Position numbers and translations under genes: made by a program. DNA of 63,473 nt from Candidatus Woesearchaeota archaeon (GTDB lineage Archaea > Nanobdellota > Nanobdellia > Woesearchaeales > JAIPIC01): the NCBI GenBank assembly GCA_021734865.1, contig JAIPIC010000002.1, positions 1-63,473 of the forward strand, in the 5' to 3' direction. Position 1 is the stretch's first letter, and each line of letters opens with the position of its first letter. Under the pieces are notes generated by a model. That model ran no database searches, was not told the DNA's origin, and saw only the letters and a list, made by a program, of their open reading frames with translations. Below, one piece after another: positions 18,436 through 26,966 of this stretch.

Positions 18436-19779
18436 TTAAGAACTATCTCCTTCCTGTTCTGTGTTTTTGATATGGATACAGGAATCCTTAAGCAGACTAT
18501 TTGTTATCTTCTCACAGGCATCATAGTCATGGTTCCTTAGCGCTGACGCCATATAACAACTGTTTCGGTTGAATTCATCACTGATTTCATCGCATAATTC
18601 ACTTTTCTCGGAGTTAAGGGCAATTTCTCTGAAACAATTGTCTCTTGTAGAATCTTTAGATATTAATTTGCATGATTCTGGATCATTGTTGATCTTTGCA
18701 GTTCTGTCCACGCAGTTATCTCTCGTATAATTCTTCAAAATTTTTGTGCAGATCTTAGTGTTATTTGTAATCTTCGCCAATTCAAAATAGCAGAAATCCT
18801 GCATTAAAGCATCTGTTAGTTGAGTACAGACCTTAGCTGCATCGCTGAGATCTTTTGAACTCTTATCTTCGAGAATTTTGATTATTTCATTATTTGTTAG
18901 ATCATCATACTCACCAGTAGGTTCTACTGGTGGTTCCACTGGTGGCTCTACTGGCGGTTCGACGGGCGGTTCAACGGGTGGCTTTACAGGTGGTTCTACC
19001 GGAGGTTCCACTGGTGGTTTCACCTCTGTAGTATTACTGGAAACCAAAGTGAATTCCTCACTTTCCGCAATGGCAACATCCTCTGCCCCATACTTGATTT
19101 TTCCACGCACAAAATACTTCCCAGGAATAAAATCAATGTTTGTCTTGATAGAAACAGTATTTGTCAGTCTGGTTTCTATAGCAGCCTGTTGGCTCTTTCG
19201 TGATACTATCTTGCCTTTCTCATCAATAATATCAAAAAAAAATCTTAAATCAAATCGATTATCAGAACCCATATTAAATACAGAATAGGAAAACACAATA
19301 TCATCTCCGACCTTAAATTCAGTAGTATCAAGATTTATCTCAAAGTCAAGCAGTTCAGAAACATCAATAGAGCCTCCAGGTCTGAAGAATAATAGTCCCA
19401 GTGTTATTAATGCTGCTAAGCATATTCCTCCAATAACCAACAGTACTTTATTTGACACATCAAACATATGGTGATGAGTAACTTCCACATGTTGAGGGAA
19501 CATGGACATCCCAGAATCTATTGCATTCGGCTGATAACCATAGGACAACAGATAGTTCTTCAGTTGCCCCCTATCAATACCCTTGTCCAGCTGTGCAGAT
19601 ATGAATTGTTCAAGCTGTGGATTTGAATAATAACTTATTTGAATGGCTTTATTGATATCTTCCTGGCTGTAACCTTTTGTAAGAAGGAATTTCTGTATTG
19701 AGGGATAATCATAGCCCTGACTAGCAAGCTGCCTGATATAATTAGTTAATTCCCTCAAACCCATAGATAATTTAATCAA
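18436..19779 (-). CDS. bitopic surface protein: duplicated N-terminal helical motif, TM, Ig-like domain, (V-E/K-P-P)x9 stalk, Cys-repeat head
   Basis: N-terminal GYDYPSIQKFLLTKGYSQEDINKAI and DRGQLKNYLLSYGYQPNAIDSGM. TM helix VLLVIGGICLAALITLGLLFF. C-terminal repeats of the type TRDNCVDRTA, STRDNCFREIA, NRNSCYMASA, LKDSCIHI. Confidence 0.6.
   Translation of the reverse strand: MIKLSMGLRELTNYIRQLASQGYDYPSIQKFLLTKGYSQEDINKAIQISYYSNPQLEQFISAQLDKGIDRGQLKNYLLSYGYQPNAIDSGMSMFPQHVEVTHHHMFDVSNKVLLVIGGICLAALITLGLLFFRPGGSIDVSELLDFEINLDTTEFKVGDDIVFSYSVFNMGSDNRFDLRFFFDIIDEKGKIVSRKSQQAAIETRLTNTVSIKTNIDFIPGKYFVRGKIKYGAEDVAIAESEEFTLVSSNTTEVKPPVEPPVEPPVKPPVEPPVEPPVEPPVEPPVEPTGEYDDLTNNEIIKILEDKSSKDLSDAAKVCTQLTDALMQDFCYFELAKITNNTKICTKILKNYTRDNCVDRTAKINNDPESCKLISKDSTRDNCFREIALNSEKSELCDEISDEFNRNSCYMASALRNHDYDACEKITNSLLKDSCIHIKNTEQEGDSS
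18916..19023 (-). repeat. 12-nt x9 coding repeat (VEPP/VKPP) with scrambled synonymous sites
   Basis: Read on the minus strand: gtg aaa cca cca / gtg gaa cct ccg / gta gaa cca cct / gta aag cca ccc / gtt gaa ccg ccc / gtc gaa ccg cca / gta gag cca cca / gtg gaa cca cca / gta gaa cct act. Confidence 0.85.
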
Positions 19780-19865
19780 ATCTAATTATTTAAAGCTTTC
19801 GCGAACATCTAATGGTACTTAAATACCAAAAAGATTATATACTCCGCTCCAGTGATACTTAGTCA

Positions 19866-20357
19866 ATGCTAAAAATATACAATCCCAGGCAGACTGTACT
19901 GATAACCTCCCGTGATAAAATCGATCTATATGGTAAGTCAACCATTAAAGATAATATCATGACCTGTGACTGGCACACCCCGATATCATTCAAGCCTTTA
20001 TATTATGCTGTTTCAATATCGACACAATCACTCACACACAGCTTAATCGAAAAATCGAGGGTATTCTGCATAAACTTCATACCAGAGACAATGAAAAAAG
20101 AGGCAATCCTGTGCGGCAGGCATTCAGGAACCCATACAGACAAATTTGAAGCAACAGGATTGGGAAAATCTGAATGCGAAAAGATTGACGGTCCAAGAAT
20201 AACTGAAGCATTGGGCTATTTGGAATGCGAACTGGAAGATATAAAGGCATATGGAGACCACACATTATTTGTAGGCAAAATACTCCACTCCCATCTTCAG
20301 AATTTAGATAAGCGACTCTTTCATACATATGAGAATGATTTTACAACAACAAAATAG
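19866..20357 (+). CDS. flavin reductase-like FMN-binding domain protein
   Basis: LITSRDK...NIMTCDWHTPISFKPLYYAVSI, FCINF, CGRHSGTHTDKF and GDHTLFVGKI are typical of the flavin-reductase/flavoredoxin fold. Confidence 0.8.
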   Translation: MLKIYNPRQTVLITSRDKIDLYGKSTIKDNIMTCDWHTPISFKPLYYAVSISTQSLTHSLIEKSRVFCINFIPETMKKEAILCGRHSGTHTDKFEATGLGKSECEKIDGPRITEALGYLECELEDIKAYGDHTLFVGKILHSHLQNLDKRLFHTYENDFTTTK

Positions 20358-20365
20358 GTGATACT

Positions 20366-21751
20366 ATGGATGATCAAGAAAAAATCAAGAATTTAAGTAA
20401 AATGGCAGAAGCACTTGCTGCCAGCGGGCTTGCATCAAATATTAAGGAAGCTGAAAAACTATCAGAATCTCTTCTCGAGACATTGAAAACAGGACCAGAA
20501 GAAACTGATGAACCACAAAAGACAGTGGCTGAACAGATGGCAGAAGATATAATCTCTAATGATGTGGTCCAAGAAGTTGAGTCTGCCTCCAATCATGTCT
20601 CACAAGATGCTTCAGATGCTTCAGATGCTTCAGATGCTTCAGATGCTTCAGATGCTTCAGATGCTTCAGATGCTTCAGATGCTTCAGATGCTTCAGATGC
20701 TTCAGATGCTTCAGATGCTTCAGAAGAATCATCTAATGATATCAGCGATACTGACTCACCGGCAGAAGCCATATTGAATACTCAAGAGGATGATGGACAA
20801 TCTGAGAATATTGAAGATGCTGATAATCAGACTGACACGGAAAAGGATGATGTGCATGAAGATACAACCAACGCCAGTGAAACTGATGGAAATGTATCAG
20901 CAGATGACAAAACAGACATTGATAACCAAGAACCCATAGCTGATGACCTTGTTGACTCTGCTAATGCTGACATAAAATCTCAGGAGCCGATAGACGACGT
21001 GCAAGACCTGACGCAAGACGATGAAGAGCTTGAATCAACTGAAGCTCAATCGGAGGCAGCCACTCCTTATGCTGGACCCGAAGTAGTTGAAGAACATCCT
21101 CAAGAAGAAGATGAAGATCTTGAATCAATTGAAGCTCAATCGGAAGCAGCTGTTCCTGAATCTCAACCTGAAGTAGTTGAGGAACAGTCTCCGCAAGATG
21201 ATGAAGGTCTTGAATCAATTGAAAATCAATCGGAAGCAGCCATTCCCGATGCTCAACCTGTAGTCGAGGAACAGCAAGCGGACAGTGTGGAAGATATCGA
21301 AACTGTACCAGAAGGCTCTGAAGTTGAAAAAGGAATGGATTCTACACAAAATGACATTCCAAATGAGACTAAAGAGGAACCAATTGACGATTGTGATGGT
21401 AGTAGCGCCTCAAATAACGATCCTGATGGGGACTCTGACGATGATAATACTTCAGTTGATGAAATCAGTCCAAATGATGTCGTCGAGGATGAAAAGGAGC
21501 CAATAAAAGAATCTGAAGAAGAAAACTATGATATTGAAGAAAATGATGACAAAAAAGATGACAATAATAGTATCATGACATCAGATGACAAAGCTTCTGA
21601 GGTAGAAGAGAATACGGACACAGATATGCCAGGAGATAATAAGGACAGTGTCGACGGCAAATCGGCTGAAAACAAATCCCAAAAGCCGATGTCAGAAGAG
21701 GAAAAATATCAGCATGAGCATTCAACATTCTGGTCTGAATACAAGCGATGA
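20366..21751 (+). CDS. 461-aa polyacidic, low-complexity protein with nested tandem repeats
   Basis: AGGTGA upstream of the ATG. D/E/S-rich throughout, with (DAS)x13 and three 30-aa repeats. No TM helix or signal peptide seen. Confidence 0.6.
   Translation: MDDQEKIKNLSKMAEALAASGLASNIKEAEKLSESLLETLKTGPEETDEPQKTVAEQMAEDIISNDVVQEVESASNHVSQDASDASDASDASDASDASDASDASDASDASDASDASDASEESSNDISDTDSPAEAILNTQEDDGQSENIEDADNQTDTEKDDVHEDTTNASETDGNVSADDKTDIDNQEPIADDLVDSANADIKSQEPIDDVQDLTQDDEELESTEAQSEAATPYAGPEVVEEHPQEEDEDLESIEAQSEAAVPESQPEVVEEQSPQDDEGLESIENQSEAAIPDAQPVVEEQQADSVEDIETVPEGSEVEKGMDSTQNDIPNETKEEPIDDCDGSSASNNDPDGDSDDDNTSVDEISPNDVVEDEKEPIKESEEENYDIEENDDKKDDNNSIMTSDDKASEVEENTDTDMPGDNKDSVDGKSAENKSQKPMSEEEKYQHEHSTFWSEYKR
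20606..20722 (+). repeat. perfect 9-bp tandem repeat GATGCTTCA x13 (encodes DAS x13)
   Basis: I counted thirteen identical, in-frame units. Confidence 0.95.
21020..21289 (+). repeat. 90-bp tandem repeat x3 (30-aa units D-E-x-LESxEAQSEAA..PEVVEE)
   Basis: Unit starts GATGAAGAG at 21020, GATGAAGAT at 21110 and GATGAAGGT at 21200. The period is exactly 90 and the copies are diverged. Confidence 0.8.
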
Positions 21752-21846
21752 AATAATAATTTTGGGTTGTGAGGGATATGACACCATCACACCTTATCAT
21801 ATCTAAACAAAAGCTTTAAATAGATATTAGCCCAATCAGGACTAGG

Positions 21847-22671
21847 ATGAAAGAGAGAGTTACTTTAACACTGAGTGATCAGATTCTCAGGCGTGTGGAC
21901 GGTCTGATTGATGGGTATCAGATCAAGAACAGGAGTCATGCTGTTGAACTTATGTTATTGAAAGCCTTAGGTTCAAATGTACCAACAAAAGCAATAATTC
22001 TCGCAGGAGGGCTTGGGACAAATATAAACAAGAACAGTGAAATCCCAAAAGCACTTATTCCATTGAAAGGAAGAACTGTGACAGAATTTGTATTCGATCA
22101 GCTCAAAAAATATGGAATAAAAGAAGTAATAATGGCTGTAGGCCATATGAAAGACAAGATTAAGGAATACTTTGGTGATGGTCATCAATTTGGTATGAAA
22201 ATATTGTATCTCGAAGAGGATGATAATTTAGGAACAGCAGGTCCTCTGAAACTGGGTAAACATCTTCTTGATGAACCATTCATCGTCACTTGCTCTGATA
22301 TAGTATTTGATATAGACATAGAAGAGATGTTTAGACTACACAAGGCCAAGAATGCTTTGGCTACCGTCGCACTGACAACTATTGATGATCCTTACAATTT
22401 TGGTGTGGCAAATCTTTCAGGTAGCAATATACTTGAGTTTATCGAGAAGCCTCCGAAGGATAGCAGTATGACCAAAATGATAAGTGCTGGATTCTATATA
22501 ATTGAGCCTATTGTGCTTGATCTGATACCCAAAGGCCATACGACCCTAGAAAAAGACATATTCCCAAAACTGGCAGCAGATAAAAAACTGATTGGTTACC
22601 CATTCAGTGGGTATTGGTTTGATACATCTATACCTGAGTATTACAAAGCAGCAAAAGAGCTACTTGAATGA
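21847..22671 (+). CDS. ribbon-helix-helix (CopG-like) domain fused to a sugar-phosphate nucleotidyltransferase-like domain
   Basis: N-terminus KERVTLTLSDQILRRVDGLIDGYQIKNRSHAVELMLLKAL shows the strand-helix-helix pattern. It is followed by AIILAGGLGTNINKNSEIPKALIPL and the rest of a GT-A NTP-transferase fold. Confidence 0.7.
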   Translation: MKERVTLTLSDQILRRVDGLIDGYQIKNRSHAVELMLLKALGSNVPTKAIILAGGLGTNINKNSEIPKALIPLKGRTVTEFVFDQLKKYGIKEVIMAVGHMKDKIKEYFGDGHQFGMKILYLEEDDNLGTAGPLKLGKHLLDEPFIVTCSDIVFDIDIEEMFRLHKAKNALATVALTTIDDPYNFGVANLSGSNILEFIEKPPKDSSMTKMISAGFYIIEPIVLDLIPKGHTTLEKDIFPKLAADKKLIGYPFSGYWFDTSIPEYYKAAKELLE

Positions 22672-22678
22672 GGGGGAA

Positions 22679-24079
22679 ATGCAGGAAATTAATCTTAAGT
22701 CAATAGACCATAACGTATCTATTAGGGAAGGATTCTTCGAGGATTTGAACATAGATGAACCTGCACATTGTGTTCTTATAGCTACAAAACCTGATATTAT
22801 CAAGCAGGCGCCATTGATCCTTGAGATGAGGAAAAGAGGTGTCCCGCACTTTGTATGTCATACAGGACAGCACTACGACTGGAATCTATCTGGCGGTCTT
22901 GAACAGGAATTTGATATTAAACCAGACATTAATCTCAACATCGACGGTCCCATGTATGAAAAACATTCTCAGTTGATATACCGGTTTGGAGAAGTCCTGT
23001 CCAGAATTAAGAAAAAGGGAGGCGAAGTGATTCCATATCCTCACGGAGATACGCTGACTGCAGTAGCAGGTGGAATCGGGTCATATATGAATGAATACGC
23101 AGTTGCTCATATTGAAGCAGGACTGAGGACTCTGACTCCTCCTTTAGATACTCTTAATTCCCTATTAAAAATTGACTTACATAAGTCTGATTTTGACATT
23201 ATGGATTATTATAACAAGCTCCAGACAGAACAATTTGAATATGGATCAAATGAACCGTATCCCGAGCAGTTTGATACAAGATGCGCAGCAGCAACAGCTG
23301 GGTTGCATTTCGCTCCTACAGAACTTAACAGAACAAATCTGCTTAACGAGGGATATCCAGAAGATAGGATACACATTGTCGGAAACACCGTCGTAGATGC
23401 ATTGAGATTTGCAGAGGACAGAGTTAATAAGTCAAAAATATTTGAGAAATATCCTGCATTGGAAGACGGCGAGTTTGTCAGATTCTGTATCCACAGACGG
23501 GAAAACGTATCAAATGAACAGCGATTTAAGTCAATTTATAGTGCTATGAAACAACGAATCACAGCCGGAAAAAATACTCTGCTTATTAGCCTCGGAGCTA
23601 CAGAAATGGCATTCAGATCATTTGGACTTAAAGAAGAGATCCAAAAACTCGATGAACAGTTCGAGAATTTCATATATTCTCCTGTCTGGCCATTCTATAC
23701 TGACGTTATAGCAGCCACAAAAAAGTGCAGACTCGTCGCGACAGATTCTGGAAGCATGCAGGAAGAATGCAACATGCTTGGTGTACCATGCGCAACATTG
23801 CGTTTTAATTCTGACCGACCAGAATCGATCATGGCGGGTTCAAATATTCTGGCACCACCTATCAATGGAGAGATTGTAAACCATATAATCTCTCAGGCAG
23901 AAGATAATGATGACCTCAATAGAGAATTGTCGTCCAAAAAGAACCTATATGGAGAAAACGTATCTAGCAAGGTCTTGGACATTGTAACTGGTCTAAAAGA
24001 ACCATTGTTCAGGTTTGACCATACAAGACTCAAATTTGACCAGAACAATTTCTGGAAAGAGAAGCGAGCAAACTGGTGA
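22679..24079 (+). CDS. wecB: UDP-N-acetylglucosamine 2-epimerase (non-hydrolysing type) with an internal insertion
   Basis: GGGGG RBS then ATG 22679 (the ORF-track start at 22592 overlaps the upstream gene). HTGQHYD, HIEAGLRT, PYPEQ, HFAPT, VGNTVVD, TDSGSMQEE. About 40 extra aa follow GLRT. Confidence 0.85.
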   Translation: MQEINLKSIDHNVSIREGFFEDLNIDEPAHCVLIATKPDIIKQAPLILEMRKRGVPHFVCHTGQHYDWNLSGGLEQEFDIKPDINLNIDGPMYEKHSQLIYRFGEVLSRIKKKGGEVIPYPHGDTLTAVAGGIGSYMNEYAVAHIEAGLRTLTPPLDTLNSLLKIDLHKSDFDIMDYYNKLQTEQFEYGSNEPYPEQFDTRCAAATAGLHFAPTELNRTNLLNEGYPEDRIHIVGNTVVDALRFAEDRVNKSKIFEKYPALEDGEFVRFCIHRRENVSNEQRFKSIYSAMKQRITAGKNTLLISLGATEMAFRSFGLKEEIQKLDEQFENFIYSPVWPFYTDVIAATKKCRLVATDSGSMQEECNMLGVPCATLRFNSDRPESIMAGSNILAPPINGEIVNHIISQAEDNDDLNRELSSKKNLYGENVSSKVLDIVTGLKEPLFRFDHTRLKFDQNNFWKEKRANW

Positions 24080-24083
24080 GATA

Positions 24084-24845
24084 ATGAAAGCAATAGTACT
24101 TGTTGGAGGATATGCAAAAAGGTTATATCCATTAACTCAGAATACACCCAAGGCTCTTCTTCCGGTTGCAGGCAAACCAATAGTGCATTATATGCTTGAG
24201 GAATTGCAGGCAAATGGTCATATTGATACAATATATCTATCGACCAACAGAAAATTTGAATCACATTTCAAGAATTATCTAAATATTGCACAAAATCTTG
24301 ATAAGACTGAGATTATCGTCGAAAATTCAGATAGAGAAGAAAATAAATTAGGTGCAATAGGCGCCTTGAATTATCTTATTACTCAAAATGACATGAAGGA
24401 TGATCTGATGTTTCTTGCAGGAGACAATATATTTGAGAACGTTATAACAAGTATGATTAATACATTTATACAAAATCAGCGCGTTACTATTGGAGTACGC
24501 GATAGGAAAGATATTAAATTAATTCGTAACAGGTATGGAGTTATTGAGACTGATAAAGAGTGTATTGGAAAGGTGATAGGATTCGAGGAAAAACCTGATG
24601 ATCCAAAATCCACACTTATTAGTACAGGAATATATATCATCCCAAGAAGCAAACTGCATATGATTATTGATTATTGTAAAACAAACAACAACCTTGATGC
24701 ACCAGGTTACTTTTTTCAGTGGTTGATTAAAAATACTGATGTATATTCTTATGAATTCACAAGCAAGTGGTTTGACATTGGACAATTTGACCAGCTTAAT
24801 GAAGCCGCAGAATATTTCGCAAACAAAAATAAGAGAGGATTATGA
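24084..24845 (+). CDS. sugar-1-phosphate nucleotidyltransferase (canonical G-loop)
   Basis: MKAIVLVGGYAKRLYPLTQNTPKALLPV matches GGxxxRLxPLTxxxPK. ATG 24084 follows the epimerase stop. Confidence 0.85.
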   Translation: MKAIVLVGGYAKRLYPLTQNTPKALLPVAGKPIVHYMLEELQANGHIDTIYLSTNRKFESHFKNYLNIAQNLDKTEIIVENSDREENKLGAIGALNYLITQNDMKDDLMFLAGDNIFENVITSMINTFIQNQRVTIGVRDRKDIKLIRNRYGVIETDKECIGKVIGFEEKPDDPKSTLISTGIYIIPRSKLHMIIDYCKTNNNLDAPGYFFQWLIKNTDVYSYEFTSKWFDIGQFDQLNEAAEYFANKNKRGL

Positions 24846-26182
24846 TGATATCGGATAAACCATTCAAAGCATATGATATTAGGGGATTATATCCTCAGGA
24901 AGTAAATGAAGAACTAGCATACAAACTTGGCAGGTCTATTGTTGATCTTTTTGGACCAAAAAAAGTAGTCATTGGCAATGACATGAGAGTGTCATCACCA
25001 TCCCTAACCAAAGAACTCACAAAGGGATTCATTGAAGCAGGATGCGATGTAGTGCAGATAGGATTGTGCACGACACCGCTGTTGGGTTTTAGTGTTGTAA
25101 GCAAAAAATTTGACTTTGGAGTCATGGTTTCTGCATCCCACAACCCTGCGAAATATAATGCATTCAAATTGATAATGAACGGGGGTCTTCAGATGCATAT
25201 TGATTCAGGAATCTCTGAACTTAAGAAACATATCATGACAAACCACTTCAGCTCTCAAATAGCATCAGGGAATGTTGAAAAGGCCAGTTTCTTAGAAGAA
25301 TATCTTGAACATATCATTAGCTGCTGTAATGACCTGAAAGGAATCCGGGCAGTAGTAGACTATGGAAATGGGGTTGGAGCATTAACATCAAGTCCCGCTT
25401 TCAAAAAACTTGGCATTGATCTTACTGAACTATACCCTGAACCCGATGGCAACTTCCCTAATCATGCAGCAAATCCTCAGGAACTGGGAAACGTAGAAGA
25501 ATTACAGCAGGAAGTCAAATCAAATAAGGCAGAGATCGGCATTTTCTATGATGGTGATGCAGATAGATCACTGATTGTTGATGAAAAAGGGGATATAGTA
25601 GCTCCAGATATGCTATTAGCAGCACTTGCAACAGAAGAACTCAAAAAACATCCCGACAAAGTGTATTATGATCTCAGATTTTCAAAAGTTTTACCAGAGA
25701 TAATCAGAGAACTTGGTGGTACTCCAATAATGATGAAAGTTGGTAATCCTTTTTACAAGGAAAAACTCATCAAAGAAGGAGGAATAATCGCTGGAGAGTT
25801 CTCTGGTCATATAATGTTCAAAGAAAATTTATGTCTAGATGATGGATTGTTTGCAGCTGTCAAATTTATGAATATCATGCGAGAACAAAATAAGACTGTC
25901 TCTGAAATTATTGAACCATTTAAGAAATATTATGGATCAGCAGAAATTAATCTTGAAGTTGAAGATGCAGACGTGACAATGCAAAAAGTCAAAGAACAGT
26001 TTCCCGATGGTAAAAACATTGATCTTGATGGCGTTTACATCGTATATGAGGACTGGTGGTTTAGTCTGAGAAAATCTAATACTGAACCGCTTGTAAGACT
26101 GAGACTTGAAGCTAATACCTCTGATTTGATGGAAGAAAAGAAAGATCAATTATTAAAAATCATCAAATCTGAAGTTATATGA
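24842..26182 (+). CDS. phosphohexomutase (phosphoglucosamine/phosphomannomutase family)
   Basis: Active-site loop SASHNPAKYNAFK, metal loop FYDGDADR, sugar loop GEFSGH, phosphate loop RKSNTEP. ATGA overlap with the upstream gene. Confidence 0.9.
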   Translation: MMISDKPFKAYDIRGLYPQEVNEELAYKLGRSIVDLFGPKKVVIGNDMRVSSPSLTKELTKGFIEAGCDVVQIGLCTTPLLGFSVVSKKFDFGVMVSASHNPAKYNAFKLIMNGGLQMHIDSGISELKKHIMTNHFSSQIASGNVEKASFLEEYLEHIISCCNDLKGIRAVVDYGNGVGALTSSPAFKKLGIDLTELYPEPDGNFPNHAANPQELGNVEELQQEVKSNKAEIGIFYDGDADRSLIVDEKGDIVAPDMLLAALATEELKKHPDKVYYDLRFSKVLPEIIRELGGTPIMMKVGNPFYKEKLIKEGGIIAGEFSGHIMFKENLCLDDGLFAAVKFMNIMREQNKTVSEIIEPFKKYYGSAEINLEVEDADVTMQKVKEQFPDGKNIDLDGVYIVYEDWWFSLRKSNTEPLVRLRLEANTSDLMEEKKDQLLKIIKSEVI

Positions 26183-26224
26183 TTAATGTATTTTAACAGA
26201 TAACAATATTTTAGATTATCAGAT

Positions 26225-26815
26225 TTAATACTCATCTATACCAAGCTGTGGATGGAAATCACCTTGTCCGGAATATGGATCGGCAGTTGGATAATTAAAG
26301 AATCTCTTCATCCAGTCTTGAAATTTATAAGCTTCTTTCGTGAGGTTGACTCTGTGAAATTGAAGTTCTCCTCTAATGATTCTCTTTTCGAATACTTGCT
26401 CAAAATGCTTGAGGAACCAGTGGTTTTTCCAGTGGTCACCATAATCTGTGACCAACCTTGCAACAACTTTTATCTCAACTTCCCCAAGATTTGCCTTGAA
26501 TTTCTTTCCTCTGTATAAGTAATCAACCTGTTTTAAATACAAAACATGGAAATTTACATCAAGAAAATATCTGAAATATGTACTTGGTGAGCCACCTGTC
26601 ACGCCATCACCAGCCTTATCAAATCGCCACCAGATCCACAGCTCTTGTGTGTTGTTTGAAAGGAATCTATGGAGATATTTAGTTTCAGGGAAATCAGAAT
26701 GCGACCTGCCACACCATCCATTTTCCATAAAATATTCTGAGCAGGCTTTATAGAACTTTTTCATATGAAAATAATCCCTATGCTTTACCCTATAATCTGC
26801 TGCGATGTATCCCAT
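26225..26815 (-). CDS. Trp/aromatic-rich 196-aa protein, no recognisable family
   Basis: Clean ORF transcribed divergently from 26967. No TM helix or signal peptide, and no motif recognised. Confidence 0.5.
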   Translation of the reverse strand: MGYIAADYRVKHRDYFHMKKFYKACSEYFMENGWCGRSHSDFPETKYLHRFLSNNTQELWIWWRFDKAGDGVTGGSPSTYFRYFLDVNFHVLYLKQVDYLYRGKKFKANLGEVEIKVVARLVTDYGDHWKNHWFLKHFEQVFEKRIIRGELQFHRVNLTKEAYKFQDWMKRFFNYPTADPYSGQGDFHPQLGIDEY

Positions 26816-26966
26816 GATTTACAGTTAAGCAACTATCTATATAAATATTACGATAATTTTATATACTGGTATGGTAATTATATACCTCAAGCTAATCAAA
26901 CCTATATCATGTATTAGCCTATGTCGTCCAATGATTTATGTTTTACATTAAAAGAAGAGGCCTTAA

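Noticed and set aside
18878-19288. 136-aa ORF with (GSTG)n
   Set aside because: It is the antisense mirror of the VEPP repeat in the 447-aa minus-strand gene.
20606-20722. Possible CRISPR or other non-coding array
   Set aside because: The period is only 9 bp, there are no spacers, and the repeat is in-frame inside a long ORF. It is a coding microsatellite.
20559-20777. 72-aa ORF encoding (MLQ)n
   Set aside because: It is an alternative frame of the 9-bp repeat. The surrounding long acidic ORF is the coherent reading.
22592-22678. N-terminal extension of the epimerase ORF as listed in the track
   Set aside because: It overlaps the upstream gene's 3' end. A GGGGG RBS and ATG at 22679 fit the conserved epimerase N-terminus. 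The same logic was used to trim 24015 to 24084, 37550 to 37631, 56813 to 57005 and 54064 to 54076.
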